Shown piece after piece: positions 60,537 to 64,000 of a DNA stretch of 64,000 nt (within the stretch, counting starts at the first letter, position 1; each line of letters begins with the position of its first letter). Below the pieces are notes generated by a model. The model did not search any database and had not been told where the DNA came from. It was given only the letters and a program-made list of their open reading frames with translations. The DNA is from Candidatus Rariloculaceae bacterium. GTDB lineage: Bacteria; Pseudomonadota; Gammaproteobacteria; Steroidobacterales; Rariloculaceae. The stretch is taken from positions 1,291,843-1,355,842 of the forward strand of contig OZ253541.1 of assembly GCA_965262365.1 (NCBI GenBank), in the 5' to 3' direction. A program made the translations under genes and the position numbers.

Positions 60537-60779
60537 ATGAATGCACGAATGGCGATGCCGATCATGATTGGATGCATCATCGCGGGATACCCGCCCGCGA
60601 GTTCCGCCCATCACGCCGCAACCATGTTCGATCGTGACCGGGCGATCGAATTGTCCGGCGACCAGGTCACGATCCACGCAGCTCCCACGCGCAATGGAGC
60701 GCCGGCCGCACTGTTCATCGGCGCCAGGCTGGCCGACGGATCGACGCTTGGCCGTTTCGAGGAATCTGCCGCAAACTAG
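60537..60779 (+). pseudogene. DUF6152-like gene with apparent in-frame internal deletion
   Basis: The signal peptide, AHHAATMFDRDRAIELSG, is joined directly to DQVTIHAAPTRNGAPAALFIGARLADGSTLG. The central TV.EF.W.NPH core, present in the intact copy at 935..1327, is missing. Confidence 0.4.
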
Positions 60780-60833
60780 CCTCAGCGCTGCCGCCGCAGT
60801 GATACCGGGCTCAAGGGCGGACGAACTCGGCGA

Positions 60834-61562
60834 TCAATCCGTCACCAGGTAGCCCAGGGCGGATTCCAGATCGCAGCTATAGGGCAACCGGGTAATGTGA
60901 GGCGAATGCTGCCATTCGTAGGTATGCGATACCGCCACGGTCATATACTCCGGATCTTCCAGCGTAAAGTCGATCACGATTTGAGTCCCGTCTTCGCTCA
61001 GTCTGAATCGTTCCACCAAGTGTTTCTGGCTCCCGGTTGGGCCTATGCCGTTAATTCCGGGATGATGCTTGAAGTGACGGGTATCGATCACCAGCGTGTC
61101 GCCCTCCCAGCGGCCAATGGAATGGCCGGTCCAGGACTGCTCCTCCTCCGGGATCGAATCCGGGTGATCGCGTCCGTCCAGGTAGATCCGTCGAGGCTCG
61201 GCATCATCCTCGCCGTGAATCAGGATGAGATCGTCGGAGGCGAATTCGATTTCGTAGACATGGGCGCGGCCCAGGCGCATGGGAATCGGCATATCGATAC
61301 ACTGTGAATTCGGGGGCAAACCGGTCTGCTGCGCCAGCACGGACCGAGCGTTCTCGTTGGCGAGCGATCTCAGTTTTGCGCCGAACTCCGCGAAGGTCTG
61401 GATCGGCAACCAGACCCCTTCAAGACTTTCTGCAGCGACTTCAACGTACCGGCCCCGCTCATCTTCTGCATTGGGTATCGCCAGAACCGTGCCGTCTGCT
61501 TTCTCGACGCTCAACAGCCGGGCGTAGCGGCGCGCCGGGTCCCTCGCCGGTTGCACATGCAC
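60834..61562 (-). CDS. hypothetical protein (conserved C..P.P.R...EF...RRIY.DGR.HP...W.GHSIGRWEGDTLVIDT family)
   Basis: 242-aa ORF starting at a GTG exactly at the GC-content boundary. The motifs are shared with the decayed copy at 60072. I cannot give a named family with confidence. Confidence 0.65.
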   Translation of the reverse strand: MHVQPARDPARRYARLLSVEKADGTVLAIPNAEDERGRYVEVAAESLEGVWLPIQTFAEFGAKLRSLANENARSVLAQQTGLPPNSQCIDMPIPMRLGRAHVYEIEFASDDLILIHGEDDAEPRRIYLDGRDHPDSIPEEEQSWTGHSIGRWEGDTLVIDTRHFKHHPGINGIGPTGSQKHLVERFRLSEDGTQIVIDFTLEDPEYMTVAVSHTYEWQHSPHITRLPYSCDLESALGYLVTD

Positions 61563-61609
61563 CGTGACGACATCGCCGGGTTGAAACGAATGGGAATTAT
61601 AAAGGAAAG

Positions 61610-61639
61610 TTGACAGAAGGCAACCGAATAATATATAAT
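61610..61639 (+). promoter_or_regulatory. near-consensus sigma70-type promoter facing the transposase
   Basis: TTGACA at 61610-61615 and TATAAT at 61634-61639 (18-nt spacer), or TATATA at 61632-61637 (16-nt spacer). It lies about 40 nt upstream of ATG 61678. Confidence 0.45.
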
Positions 61640-61654
61640 GGTTATAGAAGTCGA

Positions 61655-62692
61655 GTCAACCCCCACGGAAACGAGTTATGCTCAAAAAAGCCCCCGGAAA
61701 GTCCCACCGTAAAGGCGTCACACTCATTGAGTTGATGGGCATGTTCCCCAACGAAGAAACGGCTACTAAGTGGTTTGAGTCGGTCTTGTGGGCGGAAGGT
61801 CGTTGCTGCGGGCATTGCGGCAGCATTAAAACCCGTAAAGCCAGTCACAAGACCATGCCCTATTGGTGCTCTGATTGCCGGTCGTATTTCAGCGTCAAAA
61901 CCGGAACCGCCATTGCCCGGTCTAAAGTCACCATGCGTAATTGGGCCGTCGCCATCTATCTGTGCCTGACCAGCCTCAAGAGCGTTTCCAGCATGAAACT
62001 GCACCGTGATCTTGGTGTCTCTCAGCCTACCGCTTGGTTCATGCTGCATCGCATCCGAGAGGCTTGGGCAATTGATTGCACTGGCGGATTTGCCGGTCCC
62101 GTGGAGGCCGACGAAACTTACATGGGCGGCAAACGCAAAAACATGAGCAATGCCAAGCGCAAGGAGCTAGCCGGTACGGGCCGGGGAGCCGTGGGTAAAA
62201 CTCCTGTGGCGGGCATCAAGGACCGGGACAGTAATGAAGTGCGGGCCAAAGTGGTTGACCGTACTGACGCCAAGACGCTACAGGGCTTCATCCAAGAGCA
62301 CACTTCCCCGGATGCGACGGTCTACACAGATGAATCCAAGTCATACTCAAATCTCCCGTTCACTCACGAGAGCGTCAAGCACAGCGTCTCAGAGTATGTG
62401 CGGGACCAAGCCCACACCAACGGAATGGAGTCTTTTTGGGCTACTCTAAAACGCGCTCAAGAAGGAACGTTTCACAAGATCAGCCCGAAGCACCTAAATC
62501 GCTATGTTCAAGAATTCGCGGCAAAGCACAATATGCGCGATTCAGGAACGCTTGCGCAGATGCGGGGAACCGTCGCGGGGCTTGTTGGCAGGAACCTTCT
62601 TCACCGGAACCTCATTGCCGACAACGGGCGATCCAGCGGAGCGCGGTCCTAGAGGCCGTAAAAGGGCGCGAGCCAACGTCTCGGGGGTTGCC
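61655..62692 (+). mobile_element. IS1595-family insertion sequence (boundaries approximate)
   Basis: A single transposase ORF is flanked by imperfect inverted termini: GTCAACCCCCACGG (61655-) and CCGAGACG..., read as cgggggttgcc at 62682-62692 (reverse complement GGCAACCCCCG). I could not identify convincing target-site duplications. Confidence 0.55.
61678..62652 (+). CDS. IS1595 family transposase (ISXO2-like)
   Basis: N-terminal zinc-ribbon (CCGHCGS...YWCSDCRSYFS), an HTH region, and a DDE domain (ETYMGGK..., VYTDESKSY, NGMESFWATLKR, LNRYVQEF). Confidence 0.9.
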   Translation: MLKKAPGKSHRKGVTLIELMGMFPNEETATKWFESVLWAEGRCCGHCGSIKTRKASHKTMPYWCSDCRSYFSVKTGTAIARSKVTMRNWAVAIYLCLTSLKSVSSMKLHRDLGVSQPTAWFMLHRIREAWAIDCTGGFAGPVEADETYMGGKRKNMSNAKRKELAGTGRGAVGKTPVAGIKDRDSNEVRAKVVDRTDAKTLQGFIQEHTSPDATVYTDESKSYSNLPFTHESVKHSVSEYVRDQAHTNGMESFWATLKRAQEGTFHKISPKHLNRYVQEFAAKHNMRDSGTLAQMRGTVAGLVGRNLLHRNLIADNGRSSGARS

Positions 62693-62726
62693 CCTGCTAG
62701 GTCGCGGGAAGGGTCTAACATCGCCC

Positions 62727-62975
62727 TCATGGCTTTTCCTGACCCGCATGCAAGCGGACCAAGTACGATACATCGCCCCGAAGAATCTCAACATTGGATT
62801 CTACCGAATCCAAGCGAGTCTCAACTACTGCAACACGTTCTCGCAAGTCAGTCACGTTCGTATCTAGGTTAGAAATGTCGTCCCCTATCCCGGCAAGGGT
62901 ATTGGCTCCCCATAGGACTGCCAGAGTCATAGCGGCCCACAGCACTCTATCCACAGTAAGCCATTCCCACCTCAT
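62727..62975 (-). CDS. hypothetical small membrane-anchored coiled-coil protein
   Basis: 82 aa. One N-terminal TM helix (VLWAAMTLAVLWGANTLAGI), then heptad-like DISNLDTNVTDLRERVAVVETRLDSVESNVEILRGDV. ATGA overlap with the upstream ORF. Lies in AT-richer DNA. Confidence 0.5.
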   Translation of the reverse strand: MRWEWLTVDRVLWAAMTLAVLWGANTLAGIGDDISNLDTNVTDLRERVAVVETRLDSVESNVEILRGDVSYLVRLHAGQEKP

Positions 62976-63283
62976 TTCTCGACTCCAGTACGATCAGGAT
63001 TGGGTGTAGGCGTGATTACAGGGGCAGGGGGAGCCCCCATTAGGTAAGTCCGAATCTCCCGTATGTCGGCACGAATCTCTGTGTGGGCCGCATTCATGTC
63101 GGCACGAATTTGAGCGTGGGCCGCAGCCGCACCCTCACTAATTTGAGCATGGTCCGCATTCATATCGCCCCTAAGCTCAGTTCGAATTCTGGCATGCTCA
63201 GAGGACTGCATAGAGAATAGAGCGATCATTAAGCCCGCCAAAGCTATGCCCGTTCCGATAGAAGCCCAAAACTCTCGACTCAT
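62972..63283 (-). CDS. hypothetical small membrane-anchored protein with internal Ala/His repeats
   Basis: Start placed at ATG 63283 after an AGGAAG RBS; the tracked ORF starts at 63319. One TM helix (FWASIGTGIALAGLMIALF), then the repeats GDMNADHAQI / AAAAHAQIRAD / ADMNAAHTEIRADIREIR, then a Pro-rich tail. Confidence 0.5.
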   Translation of the reverse strand: MSREFWASIGTGIALAGLMIALFSMQSSEHARIRTELRGDMNADHAQISEGAAAAHAQIRADMNAAHTEIRADIREIRTYLMGAPPAPVITPTPNPDRTGVEK

Positions 63284-63485
63284 CTCTCTTCCTTTGCGTA
63301 GTCCTTCTACGCATGCCATACATGATACACCATTCGCAGACTTGATCGGTTAGCCGGAACGCACTAGAGTGGGGGGTAGTGAGTGCGGCCTGCTAACCGT
63401 TTGGGATTAAACCACCCCATCTAGTGTCCTCCCGGATGAACCGGGGCAGGCCGCAAACTCATCTTACCATCCCCCCAGCGCAATC

Positions 63486-64000
63486 TCATTCTTCTGCCAA
63501 GGGCAAATTTTCAAGAGCCTGCATAAGAGAAGTTGCTTGCGGCTGCTCCAATCCTAGAAACGTATTGCAGGCGCGAGCAAATACGTCGCCCTCTACCGGC
63601 TGGTCGTAAGTAGTCCATAACCCTGCCGCTATTAACTGGTCGTGCAAGAGATTGTAAAGAAACTCAAATCGCTGTTTTGTGGTAGAGAGCGCGCTGTAAT
63701 CCACTGAGCGCTCCCCGGAAAGCAACAAGCTCCGTGAGTACGCTAACTCCATGTCTTGACAACTCGCACGACATAAATCTATTTCTCGCATTATTCTCTG
63801 ATTGTGAAGGCAAGTCTCTGTATAGATTAAACTTTCAATACTGGCTAGAAGGTCAGGCTTATCGGCTCGTGGAATATACGCCGACGATGTCCCACGAATC
63901 GTTATCGCAATATCTATGCCCCTATCAGTATTAGCCTCCCCTGCAATATCCCGCTCTCTATAGGCATTCAGACACTGCGAGTAGCACATGCCCACTTCGA
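63486..64000 (-). CDS. hypothetical protein, probably 5'-incomplete (frame open to the window edge)
   Basis: At least 169 codons are open on the minus strand. The first in-frame start (GTG 63995) is 5 nt from the edge, and the frame continues open beyond it. AT-richer composition and no recognisable motif. Confidence 0.45.
   Translation of the reverse strand, partial: EVGMCYSQCLNAYRERDIAGEANTDRGIDIAITIRGTSSAYIPRADKPDLLASIESLIYTETCLHNQRIMREIDLCRASCQDMELAYSRSLLLSGERSVDYSALSTTKQRFEFLYNLLHDQLIAAGLWTTYDQPVEGDVFARACNTFLGLEQPQATSLMQALENLPLAEE

Overview
The window is GC-rich bacterial chromosomal DNA, densely coded, with synteny typical of Gammaproteobacteria. Most of it is core genome. There is a long co-directional minus-strand block of yebC-ruvC-ruvA-ruvB-ybgC-tolQ-tolR-tolA-tolB-pal-cpoB-queE-queC-tRNA-Lys (about 8.1-17.8 kb), followed by sucA-sucB-lpdA (18.0-23.7 kb). 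The rest is housekeeping and redox genes: PQQ quinohaemoprotein dehydrogenase, c-type cytochromes, fabA, plant-type ferredoxin-NADP reductase, alr, ltaE and phhB. Two TonB-dependent receptors are present. A probable catabolic cluster spans 48.4-59.5 kb (E1alpha/E1beta/E2 2-oxoacid dehydrogenase, TonB receptor, Na+/solute symporter, Gfo/Idh/MocA oxidoreductase, atypical M24 hydrolase, tartrate-dehydrogenase-like enzyme). I found two tRNAs (Lys-UUU, Arg-CCU) and no rRNA or CRISPR array. Accessory or decaying content is limited. It comprises a Phd/PIN toxin-antitoxin pair next to tRNA-Arg, an isolated N-terminal fragment of an IorB-type molybdoenzyme, and two internally deleted genes at 60.0-60.8 kb. 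At about 61.57 kb the sequence switches abruptly to AT-richer DNA, which runs to the window edge. That segment carries an IS1595-family transposase, two translationally coupled small membrane-anchored coiled-coil ORFs, a structured intergenic element and a partial ORF with no recognisable family. It is the best candidate for something undescribed, but it is cut by the window edge and I cannot assign a function. ruvB shows an apparent single-base frameshift. Many long ORFs in the supplied track are antisense shadow ORFs typical of high-GC DNA and were rejected. The ORF track also translates GTG/TTG starts as M, so several starts were re-placed using signal peptides, RBS motifs and 4-nt overlaps.
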